From: Candidatus Hermodarchaeota archaeon
GTDB lineage: Archaea; Asgardarchaeota; Lokiarchaeia; Sigyniarchaeales; SOKP01
Direction of reading: 5' to 3'
Assembly (NCBI GenBank): GCA_048885925.1
Contig: JBHLLG010000077.1
Coordinates: forward strand, 1-13,193
DNA length: 13,193 nucleotides
In this document: one piece after another, positions 1-7,723 of the stretch
Layout of the letters: each line of letters begins with the position of its first letter
Numbering within the stretch: position 1 is the first letter of the stretch
The notes under the pieces: model-generated
Told to the model about the DNA's origin: nothing
The model's input: the letters and a program-made list of their open reading frames with translations, nothing else
Databases searched by the model: none
Made by a program: the position numbers and the translations under genes

Positions 1-30
1 TTAATATACAATGCGATGATGGTTTAGATT

Positions 31-1527
31 ATGACTTTAGATAACATAAAAATTCAGGTTGTTTTTATTGGTAAACCGCAATGGGAAGCGGGTTGGCCCT
101 ATTTAGGTTATGACAATTTAAAACTAATAAATGAGATTAAGGAACATCTAATTAAGAGCTTTCCAAAAGTAACTTTTAATTTGGGAAATATGATTACTTC
201 CTATGATCAACTTTTAGTTGATGATATTAAAGAAAATATAGTAAAAGCCGATGGATTAATTATTTTTACAATCGGGCATTATGGCGATCCTGGAATTATC
301 CAAGCTGGGATTGAATTTATAGAAATTAATAAACCAGTAATACTTGCTAATTTAATTTATGGAGGAGATCATACATTTACTAAAATATATTCAACAATTA
401 AAGATAAAGGTTTCCAAATATTTCCAATATCTTCACAGAAGATTGAAGATTTTGTAAAATCAATTGAAGCATTAAGCAAGTTATTGCAGTTAAGGGGAAA
501 GAGAGTTCTAGTTTATGCAAGTGATGTAATAAGAATGAACTGGGATGTAATATTAGGATTAATCGATCCAGAACGTAAAAAAATATTAAAAAATCATCCA
601 GAATTTCTTGAACAAATTGGAAAAATGAGTGGTGATCAGGAGTTTGAATTCTATATAGACACTGTCGGCAAAGACCAAGCGCATCAATGGAGGATAGATG
701 AAACAAAATATAGAGAAAACTTGAAAGATATCTTTGGTATAGACATGATAAGAGGAGATCCAAATGAGATTCTACAATATTATAGAAAAATTAATGAAGA
801 GGAAGCTAAGAAGGTTGCTGATAAATGGATTAAAAAAGCATTGAAAGTAGAGCCATCTGAAAAAACTATCCTGAATTCCGCAAAATTATATCTTGCTTTT
901 AAAGAAATCTTAGAAGATAGAGATATTGATATTTTTACTCCAGATTGTGGGACATTCTTATTGACAGGAATTTTACCTGCTTATCCTTGTATGGCTTACT
1001 TTGAATTAAGTAATGAAGGGAAATATGGTATATGTGAATCTGATATGGATTCAACAGCGAGTTTCCTATTTGGATTATATTTAACTGGTCGACCGGGATT
1101 TGTATCTAACCATACTCTTGATATTATTAATGAGCAAATTACATATATGCACTGTGTAGCTCCAAATAAACTTTATGGACTTGATGGACCATCAGTTCCT
1201 TATGAAATAGTTTTTCATGGTGAAACTCATTATTTAGGTGCTTCTCCTTGTGTTAAATTCCCTGTTGGTGAAATTGTAACAACCATAAAAATAAGTGTTT
1301 TTAAAAAAAAAATATCAATTAGACAAGGGACAATTATAGATAATGTAGTTAATGAGAAAGGTTGTGTATCAAAGATGCTTGTGAAAAATGATGTCGAAAA
1401 AATTATGAGAAATTACGATTGGGAAACATTCGGATGGCATAGAGTTACATTTGTTGGTGATTGGAAGGAAATTTTCATAATTGGAGCCAAGATTTTAGGA
1501 CTAGAGATTATTGAAGAAGATTTATAA
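31..1527 (+). CDS. L-fucose/L-arabinose isomerase-like (FucI/AraA superfamily) sugar isomerase; substrate unknown
   Basis: 498-aa ORF. The C-terminal half has the family pattern PDCG...YPCMAYFEL...GICESDMDS...GRPGFVSN...YMHCVAP...GWHRVTFVGD, with CExD, HC and a terminal H as candidate metal ligands. It lies directly upstream of a sugar symporter. Confidence 0.7.
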   Translation: MTLDNIKIQVVFIGKPQWEAGWPYLGYDNLKLINEIKEHLIKSFPKVTFNLGNMITSYDQLLVDDIKENIVKADGLIIFTIGHYGDPGIIQAGIEFIEINKPVILANLIYGGDHTFTKIYSTIKDKGFQIFPISSQKIEDFVKSIEALSKLLQLRGKRVLVYASDVIRMNWDVILGLIDPERKKILKNHPEFLEQIGKMSGDQEFEFYIDTVGKDQAHQWRIDETKYRENLKDIFGIDMIRGDPNEILQYYRKINEEEAKKVADKWIKKALKVEPSEKTILNSAKLYLAFKEILEDRDIDIFTPDCGTFLLTGILPAYPCMAYFELSNEGKYGICESDMDSTASFLFGLYLTGRPGFVSNHTLDIINEQITYMHCVAPNKLYGLDGPSVPYEIVFHGETHYLGASPCVKFPVGEIVTTIKISVFKKKISIRQGTIIDNVVNEKGCVSKMLVKNDVEKIMRNYDWETFGWHRVTFVGDWKEIFIIGAKILGLEIIEEDL

Positions 1528-1552
1528 TTAATTTTTCGAAAAAACTTAGTAT

Positions 1553-1577
1553 TATTAATTAGTAGACCTAATTAATA
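1553..1577. promoter_or_regulatory. Perfect 10-bp inverted repeat with 5-nt spacer; candidate operator or hairpin between the isomerase and the transporter
   Basis: TATTAATTAG (1553-1562), TAGAC, CTAATTAATA (1568-1577); the arms are exact reverse complements. Function is inferred. Confidence 0.4.
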
Positions 1578-1646
1578 TCATCAAATAAATCTTAAAATAA
1601 TATTAAAATTTATTAATAATCTAAAATCATAATCGTATTACGTAAA

Positions 1647-3020
1647 ATGAAGGAAAACCATAAAGATAAAGTACATTCACTTCGAGGGCGTTTTTTATAC
1701 TCCCTTGGTGCTGTACCTTCAGCACTTCCATATAACATGATTTCTGCTTCATTTGTATTTTTTTATGTTACAGCTGAATATGGACCGCATCTTGATTTAG
1801 CTCTTTCTGGTTGGGTTTGGTTAATTTATGGGATTTGGAATGCAATAAATGATCCTTTACTTGGATTTTATATGGATAAAAAGATAACTAGATGGGGGCG
1901 TCGCATTCCCTATATAGTGCTTGGAACGATTCCTTTCACAATTGGGTTTATATTTCTCTGGTGGGTACCTTATTCAAGCTCAGAACAAATTTTTATATTT
2001 TTCCATGCACTCCTTATGTTATTTATATTCGATCTTGGATTTACGCTTTGTATGGTAGGATGGTCAGCTTTATACACTGAAATGTATGAAGAAGAAGGAG
2101 AAAGAGCTACTGTTGTTGCTATAAAAGATTCAATTGCGTTTATATCGTCATTTACTGGAATAATAATTCCACCTATCATTGCAGATGCTATTGGATGGGA
2201 ATTTGCAGGACTTATAATAGGAATTTTTATCCCTATTACAATGTTACTTTCCCTTCTTGGTTCAAAAGAAAAAAAAGAATATCAAATTGATAAACCATTA
2301 CCAGTATTTACGGCAATTAAAGAGACTCTTAAAAATAAACCATTTATAAATATAACATTGACATATACTTTGCTTGACTTTTGTTTTGGATTAACCATAA
2401 TGGTTCTTCCTTTATATGCTAAATTTATTCTTGGTGTAGATGAAAGTTTAGTAGGTGTTTCTGCTGCTGGAGTAGCAATAGGAATTATCATAAGCGTACC
2501 TTTTTGGAGATATATCTATTCTAAAAGAGGACCAAAATACGGATTGCTTCTTGCGATGGTCATTTTTTCTTTAGGAATATGGCCACTATTCCTTGTAAAT
2601 GACTTTCTCATATTATTACTAATTACAATTTTTCCTGGGTTGGGAGCTGCTGGTATGCTTATGACTGAACCTGCTATAAGTGCCGCGATTGATTATGATG
2701 AATTAAGGACCAATAAAAGGCGAGAAGCTTCATACAATGGTATTTTAGCTCTCTTCGCAAGATTATCTCTAGTTTTCTCTGGATTAACTTTAATCATTGT
2801 TGGAATTTTAACTGGGTTTGATGCTGATGCTGATACGCAAACTACAACAGCACTCATTGGCCTTAAATTATTAATAGGATTTGTACCTCTTCTTGGTGGG
2901 ATTCTAGGAATTTTAGTGTTTAAATTCTTTCCTATTAATTATGACACATTTATGCAACAACAACAACAATTAAAAATCGTACATGAAGAAAGAATAGAGA
3001 GATTAGAAATGGAAAAATAA
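1647..3020 (+). CDS. MFS glycoside-pentoside-hexuronide (GPH, MelB/MFS_2 family) cation:sugar symporter
   Basis: 457 aa with roughly 12 hydrophobic segments. Family motifs: IWNAINDPLLGFYMD, TRWGRRIPY, ER in the loop after TM4, KNKPF, and IDYDELRTNKRREASYNG. Confidence 0.93.
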   Translation: MKENHKDKVHSLRGRFLYSLGAVPSALPYNMISASFVFFYVTAEYGPHLDLALSGWVWLIYGIWNAINDPLLGFYMDKKITRWGRRIPYIVLGTIPFTIGFIFLWWVPYSSSEQIFIFFHALLMLFIFDLGFTLCMVGWSALYTEMYEEEGERATVVAIKDSIAFISSFTGIIIPPIIADAIGWEFAGLIIGIFIPITMLLSLLGSKEKKEYQIDKPLPVFTAIKETLKNKPFINITLTYTLLDFCFGLTIMVLPLYAKFILGVDESLVGVSAAGVAIGIIISVPFWRYIYSKRGPKYGLLLAMVIFSLGIWPLFLVNDFLILLLITIFPGLGAAGMLMTEPAISAAIDYDELRTNKRREASYNGILALFARLSLVFSGLTLIIVGILTGFDADADTQTTTALIGLKLLIGFVPLLGGILGILVFKFFPINYDTFMQQQQQLKIVHEERIERLEMEK

Positions 3021-3041
3021 TTTACAATTTTTTCATTTTTT
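3021..3041 (+). terminator. Oligo-T tract, candidate archaeal-type intrinsic terminator of the isomerase-transporter unit
   Basis: TTTACAATTTTTTCATTTTTT immediately after the TAA at 3018-3020, containing two T6 runs. Confidence 0.4.
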
Positions 3042-3069
3042 AACAATATATTTATTTCCTATTATATAG

Positions 3070-3100
3070 ATTTAGCAATAGAATACAAATATTGCTAAAT
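3070..3100. promoter_or_regulatory. Perfect 11-bp inverted repeat with 9-nt spacer; candidate operator or hairpin
   Basis: ATTTAGCAATA (3070-3080), GAATACAAA, TATTGCTAAAT (3090-3100); the arms are exact reverse complements. Confidence 0.45.
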
Positions 3101-3255
3101 ATCAGGATTTTATGAATTTCATTATTTATATAATAAAAATTAAAAAGAGCATATTACATTTATTTTGTTTAATTTTTTATTTCTAATTTATAACTTAAAA
3201 CACTCAATATCATTTATGAAAATTCTAAGAATAAAAATCAGTTTGATGATTTCAT

Positions 3256-4098
3256 ATGGAATGTAAGCTTAAAAATACAACAATCTATTATGAAGAGTTT
3301 GGTAAAGGATATCCTATTCTAAATATTCATGGTTTTATGCCTGACCATCGTTTAATGAAAGGATGTATGGAGCCAATTTTTAAAAATAAAGGAGGTTACA
3401 AACGTATTTATTTTGATCTACCTGGAATGGGTAAAACTATTGGACCAAAATGGTTAACAACATCAGATCAGATGCTCGATATTGTTTTAGAATTTATAGA
3501 TAAGGTTATTCCTAATGAAAAGTTTATAATTGCCAGTGAGTCTTATGGATGCTATTTAGCAAGAGGAGTTATTTTGAAGAGGTCTAAGTTTGTAGATGGA
3601 GTCTTATATATTTGTCCTCTTATAATACCTCAAACTGAAAAGCGAGATTTACCTAAAGATTTTAAAATTTTAATAAAAGACACTGAATTTATATCGAGTT
3701 TAAGCCCTTCAGAAGCTAAGGAAGTCGAAGAATCATTAATTATTCAAAATAAAGATGTATGGGAAAGATTTAGAGACGAAGTTTTACCTGGATTGAAAAT
3801 TGCTGATCAAAATTTTTTGAACTCAATCTTTCCAACTAATTATGAGTTTTCTTTCGAGGTTGATCAGCTTATAGATTTGTATAATAAACCAACCTTATTT
3901 CTTTTAGGGAGACAAGATATTTCAGTAGGATATCGTGATGCTTGGAACATAATTGAAAATTACCCTAGTGCTACCTTCGCTATTCTTGACCAAGCAGGTC
4001 ATAATTTACAAATTGAAAAAGCAAATCTGTTTAATCCTTTAGTTAATGATTGGTTAAGTAGGGTTGAATACAATAATTCTTCTGTGAATAAAAATTAA
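3256..4098 (+). CDS. Alpha/beta-fold hydrolase (Abhydrolase_1/6 type)
   Basis: Oxyanion HGF, YFDLPGMG, nucleophile elbow S-E-S96-Y-G (GxSxG variant), acid in GRQD and catalytic His in AGHNLQIE. Confidence 0.9.
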   Translation: MECKLKNTTIYYEEFGKGYPILNIHGFMPDHRLMKGCMEPIFKNKGGYKRIYFDLPGMGKTIGPKWLTTSDQMLDIVLEFIDKVIPNEKFIIASESYGCYLARGVILKRSKFVDGVLYICPLIIPQTEKRDLPKDFKILIKDTEFISSLSPSEAKEVEESLIIQNKDVWERFRDEVLPGLKIADQNFLNSIFPTNYEFSFEVDQLIDLYNKPTLFLLGRQDISVGYRDAWNIIENYPSATFAILDQAGHNLQIEKANLFNPLVNDWLSRVEYNNSSVNKN

Positions 4099-4119
4099 AG
4101 ATTTAGTTTTTCCTTGAAA

Positions 4120-5187
4120 TTAAGCTATTTCTTTCGGTTCTTCCCTTGGTAATCTTTCTTCCACTGCTAAAATTTGTTTAAATTTTTTATGAGGTTCTGT
4201 CTGATACCAATATGCAGTAGACGACCAATCATCTGAACGTTGATTCGCATGGCCATGTTCAATTTTAACCTTTATGTTCTTATGAAAATAAATAGGATCT
4301 TCAATATGATATCGATAGTAGGAAATTTTTCCACTCCAATTCTTTCCACCTGGTAATATTATTCCAAAATATGGGGAACAATAATATTGATTTGGACACC
4401 AAGCTCCTCCGATGTAATCTTCAGTTCCAGTTCCATGAAGAATTACTTCTCCATCATCAATTTCAATGTAATCATCCCCTTCACCTGGCCAATTTTCTGT
4501 ATCTGTTTTAAACAAATTATGAATATCCAAATGACATCCAATATAATGACCCTCACCTTCTGCTTCTAATATTAAATAATCATCTTCGTGCGTAAGGTTT
4601 TCTTTACTAAACATTTCGGACTTCCAACCCCTTTCATTTAGTTTTTTGTAATCTTGACCTTTACAAGGGTTTTCTCGTGTCCAAAAAGTGTGAAATCTCC
4701 CTAAAGATTGATGGATTTCTTGATATTCCTCGTAATCAATATAATAATAAAGGATAAGTTGTTCTTGAGATTCATTCTCAACTTCAATCTTAACATTTTT
4801 AGAAAATGGCATCGGAAACCAGCAATTAAATCCTTTACCATCATTAGGACCCATAGAGAGTGGCAAACTCCAAAAGTTTACGGTTTTTGCATGACCAACT
4901 CCAAAAAAATCACCAATTGGACAAACAACTGAAGGATGCTCTTCATCATCCCACCACATTCGAATTACAGCTTTCCTTAAATAGTAAGGATCTTCAGAAG
5001 CAAGTGTCATCCAAATATGTTTTATAATACCCGAACAAGTTAAATCACATAGTTTAAATTTTTCTGTTTTTTCAATAATTTTAAAATCGGCATTGGCACC
5101 AGTTTTATCATAACTCGAGACTCGCCTTCTCTTAACCTCTCTTTTAACTTTTATTAAGTTCATTAAAGAACCAAATCCAAACTCCAT
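4120..5187 (-). CDS. DUF2961 / glycoside hydrolase family 172 protein (alpha-D-arabinofuranosidase / alpha-D-fructofuranosidase / DFA-I synthase-hydrolase-like), apparently cytoplasmic
   Basis: Motifs SSYDKTGANAD, GIIKHIWMT, WWDDEEHPSV.CPIGDFFG, NCWFPMPF, WPGEGDD (E236), HGTGTEDY.GGAW (E256), YRYHIEDPIYF, EHGHAN and SSTAYWYQ. No N-terminal hydrophobic signal peptide. Confidence 0.92.
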   Translation of the reverse strand: MEFGFGSLMNLIKVKREVKRRRVSSYDKTGANADFKIIEKTEKFKLCDLTCSGIIKHIWMTLASEDPYYLRKAVIRMWWDDEEHPSVVCPIGDFFGVGHAKTVNFWSLPLSMGPNDGKGFNCWFPMPFSKNVKIEVENESQEQLILYYYIDYEEYQEIHQSLGRFHTFWTRENPCKGQDYKKLNERGWKSEMFSKENLTHEDDYLILEAEGEGHYIGCHLDIHNLFKTDTENWPGEGDDYIEIDDGEVILHGTGTEDYIGGAWCPNQYYCSPYFGIILPGGKNWSGKISYYRYHIEDPIYFHKNIKVKIEHGHANQRSDDWSSTAYWYQTEPHKKFKQILAVEERLPREEPKEIA

Positions 5188-5346
5188 ATAAATCCCTTAA
5201 TTTGTATTGTTAGAAATTTAATAATTAGAATAGAATTAAATAGTATATAATTTAAATTTTAACTACTATAAATTATTTACATGATAGTATTCAGTTAATT
5301 TTTATCTAATTTAGAGTTATTTAAGGCTTTACAATTAATGATATAT

Positions 5347-5763
5347 TTATTCTCCATGAACTTGTACATATACTTTTCGATTTCGCGGTCCATCATATTC
5401 CACAAACATTATTCCTTGCCATGTACCTAACATTAACCTGTTTTCATGTATTATTATATCCACAGAATGTCCTGTTAAAGTACATTTGATATGAGCATCA
5501 GAATTACCTTCACCATGTCTATAAGAATATCCCAATCCTCCACCTCTAGGAATTAATTTATTTAAATAATTACTAATATCTCTAATAACAGAAGGATCTG
5601 CATTCTCATTGATAGTAATTCCCGCAGTGGTATGAGGGACGAAGATTCGACATACTCCTTCTTCAATAGTAGTATTTCTGACAATTTTATTAATCTCATT
5701 TGTTATATCCACTAAAATCTCTCTTTCTGGAGTCTTAATTCTTAATTCATTAAATTCTATCAT
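5347..5763 (-). CDS. yjbQ: YjbQ/UPF0047 family protein (secondary thiamine-phosphate synthase-like)
   Basis: Motifs VDIT, HTTAGITINENADPSV..D, H.EGNSDAHIK, LGTWQGI.F.EYDGPR.R. RBS GGTGAT lies 3 nt upstream of the ATG. Confidence 0.95.
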   Translation of the reverse strand: MIEFNELRIKTPEREILVDITNEINKIVRNTTIEEGVCRIFVPHTTAGITINENADPSVIRDISNYLNKLIPRGGGLGYSYRHGEGNSDAHIKCTLTGHSVDIIIHENRLMLGTWQGIMFVEYDGPRNRKVYVQVHGE

Positions 5764-5805
5764 TTTATCACCAAGAAATATTTAATTTGCAAGTATTAAT
5801 AATGA

Positions 5806-6576
5806 TTACCAATCATTAAAAGAACCATGTTTTCCCATCCCTTGTAAAAAAGATTTACTTCCTTCTAGATATTCTCCACTTTCTAAGGATTTTAAACCAA
5901 ATTCGAACTCTTTTCTCATAGCTTCTTCTAAATCTAATCCAAACTGATTGTATATAGAAAAACGATCATTTCTTAAGCATATTTGAGGAAATGACGCGAT
6001 AATTCTTGCTATTTTTAGGGTTTCCTGTTTTGATTGTCCAATGTCAACTATTCTATTTATTAATCCCCAATCATATGCTTCTTGAGCATTAACAGGACGT
6101 CCTGTAAGAATCATATCTAAAGCTCGACTTAATCCAATTAATCTCGGAAGTCGTATAGTACATCCATCGATAAGAGGAACACCAAATCGACGATTAAACA
6201 CTCCAAAAATAGCATCTTTTTCAGCAATGCGTAAATCACACCATAAAGCGAGTTCAAGTCCTCCTGCAACTGCATATCCTGATATTGCTGCAATCACTGG
6301 TTTGGATAGCAACATTCTCGTCGGTCCCATAGGTCCATCTCCCTCTTTCTCAATTCTATTCCCTTTCCCTTCAGAAATTGCTTTTAAATTTGCCCCAGAA
6401 CAAAATGTACCATTTGCTCCTTCTAGTATACCTACTAGAGCTTTTTCATCTTTTTCGAAATCACGGAATGCATTAGCAAGACTATTCGCAGTAGGACCAT
6501 CTACAGCGTTTTTTACTTCAGGATTGTCAATAGTTATTATATAAATTGGATATTTTTTTTCAATTAAAATAGGCAT
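5806..6576 (-). CDS. Crotonase/enoyl-CoA hydratase-isomerase family protein
   Basis: Motifs NAVDG, FCSGANL, GPMGPTRMLLSKPVIAAISGYAVAGGLELALWCDLR and FGVFNRRFGVPLIDG.T.RLPRLIG.SRALDMILTGR. Confidence 0.93.
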   Translation of the reverse strand: MPILIEKKYPIYIITIDNPEVKNAVDGPTANSLANAFRDFEKDEKALVGILEGANGTFCSGANLKAISEGKGNRIEKEGDGPMGPTRMLLSKPVIAAISGYAVAGGLELALWCDLRIAEKDAIFGVFNRRFGVPLIDGCTIRLPRLIGLSRALDMILTGRPVNAQEAYDWGLINRIVDIGQSKQETLKIARIIASFPQICLRNDRFSIYNQFGLDLEEAMRKEFEFGLKSLESGEYLEGSKSFLQGMGKHGSFNDW

Positions 6577-6633
6577 AAAGAATAAAAAAAATTAGAGAAA
6601 AAAAAATTTATCAGTATTAAAAAATGAAAAGAA
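6577..6633 (-). terminator. T-rich tract on the minus strand downstream of the oxidoreductase beta gene; candidate terminator
   Basis: The + strand has several A runs (e.g. AAAAAAAA and AAAAAAAAA), which are T runs on the coding strand right after the porB-like stop codon. Confidence 0.4.
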
Positions 6634-7722
6634 TTATTTTTGGTTCTTCAAATATTCATTCATCTCGACAAAACTGCTTGTCCTAATTAGTGCTGCTTTC
6701 AAAAATTGAAAGCCAATATCATATGTAGAGCCGTCACCTCCTATATGAATGACCCATGGAACTTCTTTTTCATAAAGATTTTTTGCTTTCATAATCTTTT
6801 TCGCAGTTGAGATAGCTTCAGCAACAGTTGCACCAGATTCAAATAAATGGTGAACCCAAGGAACATTCCAAGAAGTTACATTATCTTTTGAAGTGGAAAC
6901 CTCCGAACAACTTGTGTTATTTACATAAATAATATTCTTATCAGCAACAGCTGTTGCTGCTGTTGCCATTTGGTTCAATACCATTCCAGCACCACATCCA
7001 GGACATAGGCCATGACCTGGTTGTATATGAGTTTGAGGTCTCAATTTCTTCCTATTGACTCTATAAACATCAATAGATTTTTCTGCTCCGAATTTATCAA
7101 TAAGAGCTTTCAATTTATTATTTCTTTGTTCTGTTAAATAAATAATCTCGTCAATTTCTTTTTCCATAAATTTGGGTTTGAAAAGATGTCTAAATTTTCC
7201 CATCGATTTGAGATATTCTACAAACTTCTCTTTATCAATATCTAATCCACGAAAATATGAAAATATCGGGACTCCATCTTCAACACGAACAGTGTAAAGA
7301 GGCCAATATCCGCAATCTGTTGCTAGTTTTGATATTTTTAAAGCATCTGCAGCTTCATGTCTCCAGCCTCTCATGCAGTCTGAATAAGCTTGAATAAAAG
7401 CGGAACCATTTGATTTGAGCGCATCGGCAATTTTTCCCATAAAATCATTTGGATATGCTGGATTTACCGTAGCTAAAAAAAGCTTTTTAGTTCCATAGAA
7501 AGCAAATGGAGTGACTAAATCTTGTTTAACACCTATTTTACCAGGAATCTTTTCTCCTGCTGGACCTGTTGTTGTAGAAGCATAAGGTGGAGTTCCTCCG
7601 CTTTCTTGAATTCCTGTATTCATAAAGGCTTCATTATCGTAATTGAAAAATAGTACATTACTTTTTTGATTTCTGGTTAAAATATCTTCAAAATTAATAA
7701 TATTTCTCTCTGATTTTGACAT
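6634..7722 (-). CDS. porB: 2-oxoacid (pyruvate-type):ferredoxin oxidoreductase beta subunit, ThDP/[4Fe-4S]-binding, circularly permuted
   Basis: All PorB blocks are present but in swapped order: YDNEAFMNTGIQ.SG.TP, KQDL, AFIQAYSDC.RGW, GYWPLY and GKFRHL come first; GHGLCPGCG, TSCSEV, W.VPW.H.LFE and GGDGSTYDIGFQ come last. The likely start is the ATG at 7722, one base after the alpha-subunit TAA (TAA-A-ATG) and preceded by GGGGTGG. The ORF track start at 7740 is a TTG inside porA. Confidence 0.9.
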   Translation of the reverse strand: MSKSERNIINFEDILTRNQKSNVLFFNYDNEAFMNTGIQESGGTPPYASTTTGPAGEKIPGKIGVKQDLVTPFAFYGTKKLFLATVNPAYPNDFMGKIADALKSNGSAFIQAYSDCMRGWRHEAADALKISKLATDCGYWPLYTVRVEDGVPIFSYFRGLDIDKEKFVEYLKSMGKFRHLFKPKFMEKEIDEIIYLTEQRNNKLKALIDKFGAEKSIDVYRVNRKKLRPQTHIQPGHGLCPGCGAGMVLNQMATAATAVADKNIIYVNNTSCSEVSTSKDNVTSWNVPWVHHLFESGATVAEAISTAKKIMKAKNLYEKEVPWVIHIGGDGSTYDIGFQFLKAALIRTSSFVEMNEYLKNQK

Positions 7723-7723
7723 T

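Noticed and set aside
1-30. TTAATATA at 1-8 as the TATA box of a leaderless isomerase transcript
   Set aside because: The spacing is plausible, but it is at the window edge with no BRE visible, and AT-richness makes such matches common.
1298-1312. T5-A10 homopolymer (slippery or phase-variable candidate) in the isomerase gene
   Set aside because: The frame is intact (VFKKKI) with conserved motifs downstream, and such runs are expected in very AT-rich DNA.
2955-2969. (CAA)5 microsatellite encoding QQQQQ in the transporter C-terminal tail
   Set aside because: Short, in frame and in a variable cytoplasmic helix, with no evidence of function.
6180-6270. Crotonase lacks the second catalytic Glu (FNRRFG instead of PE..LG)
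   Set aside because: This is a known trait of the widespread crotonase subfamily with the RR.GVPLIDG motif.
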